DNA of 63,980 nucleotides, filler included, from Trypethelium eluteriae (Eukaryota): NCBI GenBank assembly GCA_051942245.1. It is 3 parts of 3 records of this genome, joined end to end, with 100 filler letters (N's around TTAATTAATTAA, not from the genome) between each part and the next. Parts side by side here need not be neighbours in the genome. Positions count along the whole stretch, not along the records: positions 23,354 to 46,515 come from JAVECL010000429.1; positions 46,616 to 63,980 come from JAVECL010000593.1; 1 more part is not named here. One strand, 5' to 3'. Shown piece by piece: positions 36,447 to 49,936 of this stretch (position 1 is its first letter; each line of letters starts with the position of its first letter). The notes under the pieces were generated by a model. It saw only the letters and a program-made list of their open reading frames with translations, ran no database searches and was not told where the DNA came from. The position numbers and the translations under genes were made by a program.

Positions 36447-38698
36447 CTTCGCCAAGTTGTGAGGGCGATAATTCTATGTAATTATGGCCGAAAATGGGAA
36501 TCAAGAATCACAAAGTGGATAGGAAAGGGGGTCCAACGTCGGTAAGCTCTAGAGAATGATGGAACGAGAAGGGCCAAAAGAGCATTCTGAACTGTCTTTA
36601 TACATTTGAGATAACCATTACCATCGAAGGATCATCAAAGGCTTCAAGCCCAGGTGGTTTCGAATCCGGTCACGAGTCAGGTTATTGCTTGGCCCCTTCA
36701 ACGGACGATGGCAAGTTCAGCCTCTATGTTCTCCAATACCTAACAAATTTCCCTTGAAAGCCTCGGTCTACAGTTTGATAGACTATTTTCGGTGCAGCGT
36801 AGTTCAGCTGCAGTGCAAGTTGGATATCGTTGGACATATTCACCGGTAAACCTTTAGAAGGCTCAGCCCCATCCTTCGACTCTGAATCCAAATTCACCGG
36901 CCCGCATCTCCTGCCATTCGTTTAGTCTAAGCTACTTCCACTTTGATAGACCTTGTGTTGTCGCGTAGTTCGATGCATGGCTCGCGAGATGTTTTGCTTT
37001 CGCCCATTGGAGATTGGAGTATTATAGATCCATTAGTATGGTGGTCGGTGGACCAAGTATCTCAAATGCACAGACCAGGTCGATTGGATCTCTTAGAGGG
37101 ATGCACCGGATATTAGACGTTCGTTAAGAATGATTACATTTCCTACGGAACGCCGGACGCTGCAGCGCTGCCAATGGATTCGACTATTGTCGAGTGAGGA
37201 GAAAGAGAAGAGGAGGATTTAGTTTTCCGGTGAGGCAACAACAAAGACGTTACAATACTGCCCTTTGGGGTCTATTAAAAAATTTCTCAATCTAAAATAC
37301 GCACTAAGATGTAGTTAGGGCGGTCGAAGTTGATGTCTTAATCTCAGGCGATCCCAACTCCCTAATCATCCCAGTCTGCGGATGAAAAATCTCCAGCTAT
37401 CAACATAGCTCTATACAATATGCAGCGCTCCACTTCTGCAGAACTGTAGGCTCGTCCATTTGAACGTTCCGCTTGGTAAGAGCAATGAAGAGTGTGAATC
37501 CCCATGCATTTCGGCTACCCCAGTCGGTCATCGGTTATGCGATTGAATGCTCGTTTAGAGATGAGCGTGCTGTTAATCTCGGTGGAAAGTGATACCGATT
37601 GATGGCTGCCAAGTCCTGCTATTGTTTCGTCTTCATGTCTAGATTCTTGCAAATCACCGCCCTATTTCCTAAACTTGGTGACACTTACCTAGGATTGGCT
37701 GAGTGATTCTCCCTCACTTTGTCGGTTCATTGATAGATGTCCAAGCTGCTAAAGTAGATGCAGGTTATGTCTTCAGCAATGCCGCAGTGGCAGTGAGCAT
37801 TGTCTGATGGACCAGCGCTAGGCCCTTTACAGTGGAAAGGCGCTTCTATGTATCTGTTATTTTGGACGTCTGCCACATACTTGATCCAATGTCGAATTAT
37901 CTACACCGAGGGGAAATGAAATCGCAACAATGAGGGAATATCAGGACCATGCGAAGAGAGACGAGCTATTTGCGAAGTTATGTGAAAGAAATTCCCGCGC
38001 AGCTCAGAGGGTTGGAGGCAGAAGGCGCTATCTTACACTGGTCCGTACCTGGCCTGGACACCACTTCTGCAATGGATGCCGTCAATCTCAATGGCACGTG
38101 CAGAAAACCGAAGTCCACTATGACCTTGGACCGAAGATCAGCCTCGAATGCACAGTAGTTGCACTAGGATCGGAGATTTCATCTGATGTAATACAAGATC
38201 CTACTGACTGTTACCTGAATGATGACTTGGTACACAATCATGGGGGAGCATTCATACACGGATTATGTAAGACTACGTCGAAATATTGCCCCCTCATAAC
38301 AACCGAGATGACTTACATGGCGTTGTGTTGACCTTTCTGCATTTACCGGGGATAATGCTCGACGCCTCACGGTATCTCTAGGGGTCTCTGTGGTTGTACA
38401 ACGGAAGCACGGTTATATCTCGTTACGGGTAGGTCCAGCACAGATCCGGCAATCCTGGCTTCTTTTCGCTCGCAATGAAGAGAAGTAGAAACGAGTGACG
38501 TTCTTAAGATTAATCGTGCAATATACAATATGTACAGACATTATGTTCGTAGTAGTACGTAATGTGGACCCAAAGAGACCCATGCTCATTATTGCCTCCC
38601 ATCCTTGACGCCAAGAAATGCAATCCATTCGAGCAGCACCACTGCAGCAAAGCAATATTCAGCCCCGAGGATAGTCTCTTTGAGTGATAGCGGTCCAA

Positions 38699-39267
38699 TC
38701 ACTGGTCCTGAATGTAGACATCAATGACGTGCGTGCCGAGTCCGCTAAGATCATCCGAGTAAGAGTCGTAGATATAGAACCATTGGTTGCCGCCATTGTT
38801 CGCATGCGTGAAGGAGGCTTGAGGACGTTGGGCGGTATTCAGGTCAAAAGCAAGGTATGTGTCGATGAAAGGACCGTTGCCAAACTCGGTCATCTGGGCA
38901 CGATACGGGATGGTTGCTTGGAGGAGCAAGCCGGCGGGGGAAGTTTGGATGCCTATAGGGGTGAAACGGATTAGTCGAAAGGAGAAGTAAGAATGAAGGA
39001 ACTTGGAGAGTTGTCTTGCATACCAGCAGTGAAAGCAAATGTGGTGTTGCCGCCAGCAGGGATGAATTCGGCTGGCTCGACGATCCATTGACCAGAATTA
39101 AGGACGAGAGCGTCCTGAGTGAGATTGAACCCATCAGAGGCGTACTTGGAATTGGCGTGAATAGTGACGTTCACATCGTAGGTTTGACGCTTCTCCAGCG
39201 GGGAAGCAGTGGAGAGGAGGGGAGTCAAAAGCAGGAGAGCTGCGGAAAGTTTGGAGACGGACAACAT
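38699..39267 (-). CDS. small secreted beta-rich protein, aegerolysin/Cry34-like motif
   Basis: Signal peptide plus LEKR; intron 39023-38953 joins ORFs 38971..39267 and 38699..39088 in frame; LNSGQWIVEPAEFIPAGGNTTF resembles the L-x2-G-x-W..P..I-x-PG..F motif; fold call tentative. Confidence 0.65.
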
Positions 39268-40923
39268 CTTGATGCTTGAGATGAGTTGCGATTCTCAAAA
39301 GATGACAGTGTAATAAGAAGAGATGTTTCACTGGAGATGGCGGGGACTGGGTATAGAGATTAAGTTTGACCGTGGGGGACGATCTTTATAGATTTTCGAG
39401 GTGCATGGGACTATCACATCTTCCCGTAAAAAACTGGGTCGTGCCTGCCAAGGTGTCCAAGGTCACATTCGTGGCGCCAGGAAGCAGGGTGATGGACGAT
39501 TAAACACCGGTCTAAGGTTTACTGTTTGGAGTAATGGCAGCTGGCTTGAACGGCGACCATGCAGAACATGGCCAGTGGAAGATTTCTTCTCACATTGATT
39601 TCCAATGGGCTGCTGACGAGCAATGACGATGTTTTCTAATCCTGGTGCCGCCAAGCTCCGACCAGCATAAGAACGGTACATTGCCGTCGTATCTCACGAA
39701 TCCCATGCGACGTCGCATAGATTACTCCAATCATTAATACGAAGTGCGCACTGTAGCATCTATGAGTTAGCCATCCAGGAAAGCTTTTGAAGAGCAATGG
39801 GGCTGGAAAGAAGTGGCGAGCGGTGTGGGGGAGAGGAAGGGCAACTAATTTTGGCCCCACTAAGAGCTGGGTGAGTCTGGTAAGTCCTATTCCGGTCATG
39901 GTCGAGGGCTGTACATCAGCGTCTTACCCGAAATGGCGAAAGATCAGAGCACCCACGTTATCGTTCCCAACGAAGTCAGTCTATTCAGGGTCGTGACGGA
40001 CCCGCCCATGTGGTTTTACCATGCAGCTCCAGCCACACCTCAGCCTTTGTATTTCGATGCGTGCAAGACGAGCCGTTTTGAAAAATGACATCCATGCTCC
40101 TTGTCCCGCGCCGCCAATCAGACCTGCGACTGGATATTTCCAATAGACCTAACCAGCGCTCCTGCAGATACACTCCGTAGATGCCCGTCTGAACCGTGTC
40201 TAGCATTCCAAGGAGAAAATTCCGCGACCCTTTGATCTCGTAAATCCTACGATGGTAGCGCGCGCCTCTCGAAAAGAAAGAAGCGAGAGCAGACGACTCA
40301 ATATGGGACGACCACGATAGTGGAAGTTGTACGATAAGTAAGGTACGAAGTTAAATAACATCAAATGACTCTTTTCGGCAAATTCAAAACATTGCAAATC
40401 ATAAGATGCTCTGAGGTGAACCGAGCCAATCGGTTGTTGAGTAGTACAGACGACATCAAGTCTGTATCTCATGTTCGGTACTGCGAAGTTCATAGGCCGA
40501 CAGCCGCACCAGCTAGGTCTGAGTACGGAGTAAATACGGGCAAGAAATTGGAGCCAAAAAGAAAAGCAAACTTCCACGACATGATCAATGACATAGTACC
40601 GGTGACGACATCGGGTTGAAGCTATGAACCTCAAGACCAGGGAGCTGGACGGCTCACCTGCCGCGTGTGGTCTAGTTGAGAACGATTCGCCCAGAACGTG
40701 GGTCCCCTGCGTTGCACTCATTCGTCCATCCAACTGCTTGAGAAACGGTACCTGATGGTCAGCAACGACGGGAGATTTACTGAGGGTCTTCATTGCGCGT
40801 ATAGAGGCCTCCACGCGATCTCAAATGGCCTAATGACGAGGTTATATGCCCTTCGAAGGCGTCCAGCTTCCTGAAGATAGGGTAGAATTTGTGCTTCGAG
40901 TAGAACGTGTACTTATCGCCATC

Positions 40924-43072
40924 ATGCTCGCTTTTTCAGTCCTCGCTTTAGCTGCGTTCGCTCTGACGCAATCTTCTGCTCAAATTTCTGGACAAGCCTC
41001 ACTGCAAGCATCGATTCCTGGAAGCTCCTCGTTCGTTGCTCCCCCAGCTTTCCCAACTTCAGCCTTTCCGACATACTATCGAGCAGAACCGACTCAAGAA
41101 CCCCAGCCGGCCCTCTACGATCCAGTACTGAAAAAGACTTACCCTCTGAACTTGACCGACCCCAACACGATTCCAAGCAATGATCCCGATCCCGTCTATT
41201 ACCCAACACCACTAGCTAATCTCTCGAGCTCGGAGGCAGACACCATTATTGATGATATCGTTTCGCAGATCTCTGAGATTATCGAGGGAGACAGCATTAC
41301 AGGGAACTGCTCAAAATGTGTTGCTTCACTGGAGATAGCCAAAAATGCAGCTCTTTTGGCTCCTTCAAAGGTTCCCGAAGCTATGGTTAGCTTATGTCAG
41401 ACGTACAAACTGCACTCGAACACGACCTGTGAGCAAGATTTTGAGGCTAGCACGTTTGGCGCAATCTGGACCCAGGTTCTGGCTTTTGCTGATGTGGGAG
41501 GCTTGGATGGTCAATACATTTGCAACTCATTAAGTACAACATTCTGTCCTGCTCCGGCGACATCACCTCTCAACACAACCGGGTTATTTCCGAAGCCCAA
41601 GCCAGCGAATGTTAGTATCCCTCAGCCAAGTGGTAAGCGTGTGAAGGTTCTTCATCTATCCGATTTTCACTTAGATCCGCGATACAGCATAGGGAGTGAA
41701 GGTAATTGCAGCTCGAGCTTGTGCTGCAGAACAAACGTGAAATCGACTTCTGGCCAGCTTCTTCTCCCAGCAAGCTATTATGGCGAATACAACTGCGATT
41801 CCCCGTATGATCTAGGGCTGGCAGCGCTTGAAGCGGTTGGGCCCCTAACAGGAACCGGAAATGGCTCCTCCTTTGGCTGGGTCACCTATACAGGCGACCT
41901 GGTCTCCCATGATCCACAGACTCAGCTCTCAAGGGCCTATACTGAGTATGCGGAGGACAGTATATATACTATGTTCAAGGAATATCTCCGTGGCCCCGTC
42001 TTTCCTGTTCTTGGTAACCATGACAGCAATCCTGAAGCAATTGATTCTCCTCATAAGTTGCCTGGCCCCCTCGGCCAACAACAGAGTTGGAATTACGACC
42101 ATGTTGCTGGCCTTTGGCAGCACGATGGCTGGATTGACGCCGCTGCAGCTCAGCAAGCAAGAACTCATTACGGAGCATACTCTATCAAAAATCAGTTCGG
42201 TCTACGTATCATCACTTTCAATACCGACTTTTGGTATAGGTCAAATTTTCTCAATTTCATCAACACCACGGACCCTGATAATAGCGGCATGTTTAGCTTC
42301 ATGATCAATGAACTGCAAGCTGCCGAAGATGCTGGGGAGCAAGTCTGGATACAGGGCCACGTCTTATCTGGCTGGGACGGCAGCAACCCTATACCTAATC
42401 CGTCAAATCTATTCTATCAGATCGTTGATAGATACTCCCCACATGTGATTCGAAATGTTTTCTTCGGCCACACTCACGAAGACCAGGTCATGGTTTACTA
42501 TGCCAACAACGGTACCACGCGGAACTCTTCCAGCTCCGCCCTCGTTAGCGGATGGATTGGTCCGTCCGTGACACCGCTGACGAATCTCAACTCCGGCTTC
42601 CGCATGTACGAGGTGGACACTGGCAATTTCGATATCTATGAGGCGTATACCTGGTATGCTGATGTTAACTCGTTTCATGACTTCAACAACTCCGTGACTG
42701 GTCCGACGTACAAATTCGAGTACTCGACCCGTGAAGCTTACGGATCTCCATCTGATTGGCCTGTGGATGCGCCGCTCAATGCAACCTTCTGGCATGGAGT
42801 TACCGAAGCCATGCAGACCAACCGGTCTTTGGTTGAGTTGTTTAACACATATCAGGGAAAGAGCTCTGTTAAGAGTCCGAATTGTACAAGTGACGCTTGT
42901 GCGGCTGCAAAGGTCTGTTACATCAGGAGCGGAAGCGTGCCATTAGGCAGGCAATGTCCACAAGGGTGCGTGTTTCCATTTTGGTCTCTTCCATCGTCTC
43001 GGACGAAATGCATACTAACGAGACCACAATAGATTCTCCTCCGTGCAAAGTCCTTATACGGGCACTGGTTAA
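40924..43072 (+). CDS. secreted acid sphingomyelinase-like metallophosphoesterase
   Basis: Signal peptide, saposin-like Cys region, HLSDFHLD, TGDLVSHD, LGNHD, GH, FFGHTH; terminal intron 42966-43032. Confidence 0.93.
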
Positions 43073-43156
43073 GTTGTTTTTTTTTTCTGTATATTCGATA
43101 GGTTAGCTGTGTAGAATTTAGTCTAATGCAGCATTCCTTAATGATTACATTCTTTC

Positions 43157-44997
43157 TCAAGGCACGCCGATCTTGCAGGTCTCGAAATACGACCTTATGA
43201 TGCTGACGCTGTCGGGCTCCAGTGGAAGAATCGAGCCAATCCACCCATCTGGTCTCAATATAACCACCAAGCCTTTTGAGGCTGCATAGCTGGCAAAATT
43301 GGCATGGCCCGATCCGTCCCGGTCGCAAAGATATCTACCAATAGCAGGTCCCCCAAGGATCTCGTATGCGGCTGGCCATTCACCGAGCACAACAGTCAAC
43401 CATTTAATCTCCCGTGAGTGCCCGAGTCGAGTCTGACTTAGCTTTCGCCGGATCTTATCAATCTGCTCATACGCAGATCCTGTCAGTACCAGGATATAGA
43501 AGGAGCCTCGATTCGGGGTTTCTTGATGCAGCCGCGTGCCCTCAAATGTACCAGGCTTCTGAAGAACGACGTCCGGAACACGCTGACCGGGTTGGATCTT
43601 GTCTAAAGTTAACGATGCTGGTCGGTAGTAATTGAGGGGATTTTGGGTATTTTCGGGTGAATAAGATATCCCAAGACCGCTGCTGAAACTTGCCGCTTCA
43701 GCCAACACTATTCCCAGCACCTCGTTAGGATCAGCTTGCGGATTGCCTCTCCAGCCGTCCGGCAGCTGCATGGTCATCAACCGAGCAATGTCCTTGTCAT
43801 AATTGATAAGCTTTTCCACATTTGGTCGTCGCTCCAATTCATATGTGGCCAGTAACGATGAGTCCGCAACACCTTTCAAAACCAATGAGATCTTCCAGGC
43901 CAGGTTGATAGCGTCGTGGACGCCGGTATTCAGGCCTTGCGCCGCACCCGAGCTATGCGTGTGGCATGCATCTCCTGCGAGAAATACGCAGTCTGCGAAT
44001 GAGAATCGTCTTGCAATTCGTTGGCCGACCACGTATATTGTGTACCAATCAACGCTTTCGAATTCGAGTTCGAATGGTTTTACTGCAGCTTTCGCTTCTT
44101 TGATAGCGGCCACTTCGTCAAACTCAGCGTACGCTTTCTGTCGTTCCGACGTGAAAGCAAAGCCTATTCTCGTAGCGCCACGATCTAACGCAGCCCAGAG
44201 AACGTTCCCATGTGTCGGGCTCTCCAGCGACACGTATGCACGAGGCTTTGGTAAGTTCGTCTTAATCGGTCCGTCAATCCTAACCCATTTGTCTTCAGTC
44301 ATACTGCCATCAAACGGAATATCAAGCAGTCTCCGAACAGACGACCGTCCTCCATCAGCGCCAAGCAAAAACCTGCATCGAACCTGCTCTTTCACTCCCG
44401 TCTCAAGATGCTCCAGCGTCGCAAGCACCTTCCATCCCGTGCTCTTTACCCCCTCACCCACCACTACATCCACCAACTTCACGCCCGTTTCCACTTCTAC
44501 CCCCTCTTCTCTCAACGCCGTCCGAAACACCTCCTCTTGATACTTCTGACGCAACACCAATGCAAAGTCCCACTTGGTCTTCCCCTCGCCCATCGACCGC
44601 ATGAAATCCCATCCCCTCCCTTCCACTTCCTCCCCGCGGGTGTTGTAGGCCGCGGTCTCTCGACAAGCAAACGCCTGCTGCGCAAGTGCCTCCGCGAGCC
44701 CGAGTTGGTCGAGGAGCTCGGCGCTCCGCGGGAAAAGCGTGATAGCGCGGCCGTAGCTGTCCTGTGAGGACTTGGGGTATTGCTCGATAATGCGGATACT
44801 GGGGCATGGGCCGGCGACTGGGTTAGCAAAGAGGGCGAGTTGGTAGGCGGTGAGGAGGCCTGCAAGTTCACGCATTGTGGTTAGCTGATTGCTGGTGATC
44901 TGGAAAAGGTCAGAGTGTAGCTACCGACGGGGCCGCCGCCCACGACGAGGACGTCAGCGTGTTGGTTCTTTTCGCCTGCGGTGCTCGTAGTACTCAT
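43157..44997 (-). CDS. FAD-dependent monooxygenase (phenol 2-monooxygenase family)
   Basis: DVLVVGGGPV/GL across an intron, LGADGGRSSVR, FLAGDACHTHS..AQGLNTGVHDA, LRPDGWIG. Confidence 0.92.
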
Positions 44998-45346
44998 GGC
45001 GAAAGCGTAGAGAACGGGTTGCGAGATGCCTGAGATCCATGTTTATTGAAGATTTGGAATGACCTCAGCACCAAACGGCTGTCCAGGGATGCTATGCAAG
45101 AAGCTGTGCCGCGCAAACGCATGAAGCGGGGGAACTAAGCTAAGTGAGGGGATGATAAGAATCTCGGATGGATTTTGGAGTGTCGCGAAAGCACGTGATT
45201 GCGCGACAGTCTTGCCCGCGTTGCTCTCAAATGCATTTGTGATAAAGATCAACTTAACATCCTTACCCCAGCACAACATAATTTGCGAAACCAGGAGACT
45301 GACTTGGGATTGGAGATGACTGACTAAGAGATGCCCTGGCACCGTC

Positions 45347-46515
45347 ATGAGGTTTCGAGCCAGTATCAAAGATGTCAATACTTTCTCCAGTATGATGGAA
45401 AACTGTGCAACAAGCTCTAATCCATCTGACATAACGTAGAGCTCGCGGCGTCATTGTCGTCTCTCGGCCATGTCGCTTGGGTCCGTCTGACTAACGACGA
45501 TGTCCGCTTTACCATTATTCCTGAACAAGGAACGCAAGTCTGGGCGTAAGTTGTAGACCAGTATTCTGTGATTTTCATAAGGCTAAGTACCTATTTCTTT
45601 AAGCGTCTTGTCGATAGTAAGATTGACATCATACAACACTTCTATCTGATCGATCTAAACAGTCTAGGATAATCTTTTCGAAGAATACACGATTCAGAGT
45701 GCAGCAGAAAACAACACCATCAATCTCGAAGCCCCTCTTGCACCACTCCAGCGCGCCCTCAAATCCGCCCTCTCCTCCATATCCACATCTATCCGCCTCA
45801 CCAAGAAAGACAACATCCCCTTACTCTCCCTCACCATCACCACTACATCCTCCTACACACCGGCTCCCGCTATCCCTCCCCGAGGCACCTCCTCAGCAAC
45901 CCAGTCTCAAGCCCGCCCTTCCGACTCCACCACCTTCTTCGACGACGACAACGCCGCAGGCACCAGCTTCGATCTCTCCTCACACCACCGCCCACCCCGC
46001 GATACTCTCATCACGCAAGACATTCCCGTCCGCGTGCTCACCGCCTCCTCCGTCGCCGGACTCCACGAACCCCGGTGCCGCGAGCCAGACGTTCATATCC
46101 TACTACCTCCCCTGCTACAACTCAAAGCCGTCTCAGACCGCTTCACAAAGCTCGCCGACGCCGCCAAGAGCAGCAGCGCCTCTGCACTCTCCTCATCCGG
46201 CGGGACGACCAGCACCACCTTTGCCCGTCGTCGGGGTGGAGGAGGCGGAGGAGGAGGTGCCAGCACTCAAGCAGCAGGTCTGAGCAGCAACAACCAGCGC
46301 GGACCGCGCCTCGAGATGCTGGCGAACATGCATGGCGGGCTGCGCCTGAGCCTGCGGACGGACGCGCTGCGCATCGCGAGCGAGTGGAGCGAGTTGGCGA
46401 ACCCGGACCTAGATCCCGCGGCGGTGGAAGGGGCGGAGGAAGGAGTGGCGCGGCATCCGAGCACGGTGATGAGGGGTCGGGTGCCGGATGCGGAAGGGGA
46501 GGAAGGGTGGGCACG
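45347..46515 (+). CDS. HUS1: 9-1-1 checkpoint clamp subunit Hus1 (3' end lost in gap)
   Basis: MRFRASI..VRFTIIPEQGTQVWA, YTIQSAAENNTINLE, IRLTKKDNIPLLSL, ITQDIPVRVL, EPRCREPDVHILLP. Confidence 0.9.
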
Positions 46516-46615
46516 NNNNNNNNNNNNNNNNNNNNNNNNNNNNNNNNNNNNNNNNNNNNTTAATTAATTAANNNNNNNNNNNNNNNNNNNNNNNNNNNNN
46601 NNNNNNNNNNNNNNN
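46516..46615. other. artificial contig-joining spacer
   Basis: 44 N + TTAATTAATTAA + 44 N. Confidence 0.97.
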
Positions 46616-46700
46616 CTTATTTTCAGCTGCAGGCAAAATATCATACTATGACATTATTCATGACTATTCATGCTATTCCTAGGTATGATTATGCTATGCT

Positions 46701-49037
46701 ATGCACTTATGCTATTTATCTCTGCGAGAATATCTGTTATCGGACAACAGCGGATATTTTCGGATCAACCAGAGTGACGCACACCGCTGCTTTGCGAAAG
46801 TGTGTCTTGCGTATCTGAGGACAACATCGTCAGAAGAAACTCACAAACCTGGACAAGAAGCATGCCCCAGTTGTCCAATGAACCTTAGAGGACTCGAGTA
46901 TGCTACGAACAATTGGCACGAGCATGTTTTTAATATTGTACAGTCTCGCCCAAAGACAGATCTGCCGTTGCTCTTGTCATGCATCAAAAAGCTGGATAAA
47001 GTAAGCTTCATTTACACGGATATCCTGGCCATCATTCTCCGATACATGACGTATCTATGGCTTTCACTGCTTCGAAGACTTGGTTCATCAAATAATGACC
47101 ACACATCCTGGACAGTTCAACCCCCTTCGACGAGATTGGAAAAGTCCTCGACTCAATCATTGCATGCTTGGAGCCAGGACACCGAAGATTCACTGCTTGC
47201 CTCAAGTTTTTACGTTGGGGAAGATCACAGGATCATACGTGAGGCTGCATTGGTTGGGTACCAAAAAGTTTGTGAGGTTTTGCTTCTCCATGGTGGAGAT
47301 GTCGACTCTACAAATGGATCGTACAATGCTCTAATGGCAGCGTCCACACTGAATTATAACGGGATGATTCGCTGCTTATTGGGCTACAGCAGCGATGAAG
47401 AATCTTTGCGCTACAGGAGCTTTGCAGGCCGCAGCGACTATATCATTGACTTGTGGCCGACAATTGGCAAGGAGAATGCGAAGAGCATAGTCTCTCTTCT
47501 GTTGCAATACGGAGCGAATTCTAACTCGAAGAATAAGTTCCAGCAGACACCATTACATCTAGCTACTGCAAGCAACCAAACCGGCGTCGTCGAGTTGCTG
47601 CTGGACAAGGTGAGCAATCCCAATGTTAGCGACTACAGTGGGGCAACGGCTTTGCACTGGGCAGCTGTCAACGGACACAGCGACATGTTGCCAATATTGT
47701 TGTCAAAGGGTGGGGACGTTAACGCTAGAAGTCTCTACAAGAGCAAGGATCCAAGTCCGGAAACCCGCCAACTTAACAGTCAATTTAAGACCAATGATTT
47801 TGAGATGATCAATGAAGCGAATTCATGCCGTGAGGACGCAGCAGAAGGTCTTTTGGCTTCGGGGGCTAACCCTAAAGCTTTCGATGATATGGGCTCAACA
47901 GCACTCCATTGGGCGTGCTGCAGGGGTCTTAACAGGTTGGCACGGCTTCTTGTTGAACGCGGAGCTGACGTAAATGCCGCTCGCATATACGAGAGATGTG
48001 CCAAGACCCCCTTGATTGAGGCTATCAGGAGTACGAAGATCTCACACGAAGTACTCAAGCTCTTTCTAGACCGAGGTGCAGATCCGAACGTTGAAGACAG
48101 CACATGGTTCGCTAATAGGATGGCACTTCACGAAGCAGCGATGTGTGGAAACCAAACGACCGTTCGATTGTTGCTCGACTTTGGCGCAGATCCAAATGCT
48201 CAGGACCTTCACGGGAGAACTCCCGCTCATCTGGCCAGAGCAGATGGATACGAGGCCGTCGCTGAGTTGCTAGAGCGCAGTAACCAAGGCATTGATGCTC
48301 GAGGAGGTAGCGGGGAAACAGCTCTCCATATGGCCGCCGAAAACAATCATAGCAAATTCGTAATGGAACTCCTCAATAACGGCGCCGACATAACCGCTCG
48401 CTCCAAGAATGGCAGAACAGTCCTGCATTCCGCCGCTGGACGTGCATCGGCTAGTCTGTTCCGCGCCCTTATGGAAAATGGTGCTGATTCGACCTTACTC
48501 GCCGACGACAAATGGTCCGTTCTCCACGAAGCGGCGAGCAAAGGTAACGTTGACATCATCGAAGTGCTGAGCGAGCAAAATACCATCAGTATCAACGCCG
48601 AAGATATCAATGGCTCCACACCACTCGCCGTTGCAGTGAAAAGCAACCAAGAGGCCGCTCTGAGATGCCTCCTAGAACAAGAAGGCATACGCGCCGATGT
48701 ACCGGACTGGCGAGGCCACAGACCGCTTCATGAGGTCAGCCTCGGCGGCAATACTAGATTGATGGGAATTCTCCTAAAACAAGGGGATTTCGATGTCGAT
48801 GCGCGTGAAAAACATTACGGTCGCACGCCGCTGATTCAAGCTGCTATGTATGGCAACAAAAATACGGCAAGTTTGCTGCTTGAACGCGGAGCAGATGCCC
48901 ATGCGAAGGATAGGTTTGGTTGCACGGCACTTGCATATGCGCAGCAGAACCAAGATGACGCTTTTGTGGATCTCCTGGCAAGCTGTGGAGCATATTCAGA
49001 GTCAACGACAAACTCTGAAGAAGACAAGATATCGTGA
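46701..49037 (+). CDS. ankyrin-repeat protein with N-terminal winged-helix remnant of a NACHT-type NLR
   Basis: SLREYLL..AHRCFAKVCLAYL..LEYATNNWHEH, then many TPLH/TALH ankyrin repeats; no P-loop present. Confidence 0.85.
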   Translation: MHLCYLSLREYLLSDNSGYFRINQSDAHRCFAKVCLAYLRTTSSEETHKPGQEACPSCPMNLRGLEYATNNWHEHVFNIVQSRPKTDLPLLLSCIKKLDKVSFIYTDILAIILRYMTYLWLSLLRRLGSSNNDHTSWTVQPPSTRLEKSSTQSLHAWSQDTEDSLLASSFYVGEDHRIIREAALVGYQKVCEVLLLHGGDVDSTNGSYNALMAASTLNYNGMIRCLLGYSSDEESLRYRSFAGRSDYIIDLWPTIGKENAKSIVSLLLQYGANSNSKNKFQQTPLHLATASNQTGVVELLLDKVSNPNVSDYSGATALHWAAVNGHSDMLPILLSKGGDVNARSLYKSKDPSPETRQLNSQFKTNDFEMINEANSCREDAAEGLLASGANPKAFDDMGSTALHWACCRGLNRLARLLVERGADVNAARIYERCAKTPLIEAIRSTKISHEVLKLFLDRGADPNVEDSTWFANRMALHEAAMCGNQTTVRLLLDFGADPNAQDLHGRTPAHLARADGYEAVAELLERSNQGIDARGGSGETALHMAAENNHSKFVMELLNNGADITARSKNGRTVLHSAAGRASASLFRALMENGADSTLLADDKWSVLHEAASKGNVDIIEVLSEQNTISINAEDINGSTPLAVAVKSNQEAALRCLLEQEGIRADVPDWRGHRPLHEVSLGGNTRLMGILLKQGDFDVDAREKHYGRTPLIQAAMYGNKNTASLLLERGADAHAKDRFGCTALAYAQQNQDDAFVDLLASCGAYSESTTNSEEDKIS

Positions 49038-49936
49038 TTGATGTTGATGTAATATCATTTCGGCTCAGTTTACATTGTCGTATCTGCAATGCACCTCGAG
49101 GCCTTATCATCCAGGATGTGAAAGCGTAGCCCGGCCTGCCACCAACTCAATCCGCATTGGTTGTTAGTGATAGTCACTGAACAGTGTGGCGATAAGTTAA
49201 CTAGTTCCGCCAACCTGTCATTCCGCAGAAGCTGAAAATGGGGTAATCATTACTCTGAAATCCTTAGTATTTACATTTCCTTTGCAAATTTAAGATTGTA
49301 TGAAAGATTTACTGGTAGGATGAGAAATACGGGTAGAGTACGATAGGTCGGTGGCATTCTGAGAATTACGCCGAAAATTGCTTGGTCGGATTGCTTTGTC
49401 CCGAACTGACCCCGGCCATGCCGGCCTATGAGCATAAATACATAAGCGCCCGATACCCGTTCAGCCGGTTGAGAGGCTCTTGAAGCGGCTAGTCGAGTAT
49501 GTCGCGAGAGAAAAGTCATCCCGTCCATTGACGACGGCCTTCATGTGAATCGTTCTCCGAGACTTATTTTGGGACCGGAACATTCACATGACTGAAGCTT
49601 TTCACCTCGTTCACTTCGACTTTGACACTCTGGCAACAATGGACGCCAGTAAAACGATGAAGATTAGGTTAAAGATCCGATCACAGGTGACAAGGGTCGG
49701 CATAGCCTGAAACAAAGAAAGCGCTTACCCGCCCAGTCAAAGCGCTCAAAGCACGTTTCAGCAAGTACATCAAGTTTCAAAGATCGCCAGAGCTGAAAAT
49801 TGCTTGCTATGATCAGACCTTTTTGATCGGTACGCGTCTGATCGATGGCGTACATATTTGGACATCCGGTCCTTCGTGCAAACAAATTAATCTCATCTTG
49901 AGCACGACTGATAACCGTTTTGAACAAAATCTTCCA

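Noticed and set aside
37930..38331. 133-aa ORF (and the 204-aa ORF 40200..40814)
   Set aside because: No recognisable motif or splice support; cannot be distinguished from intergenic chance ORFs.
23354..44997. Secondary-metabolite cluster (amidase, MFS, monooxygenase)
   Set aside because: No PKS, NRPS or terpene backbone gene and no cluster regulator; genes are interspersed with housekeeping loci.
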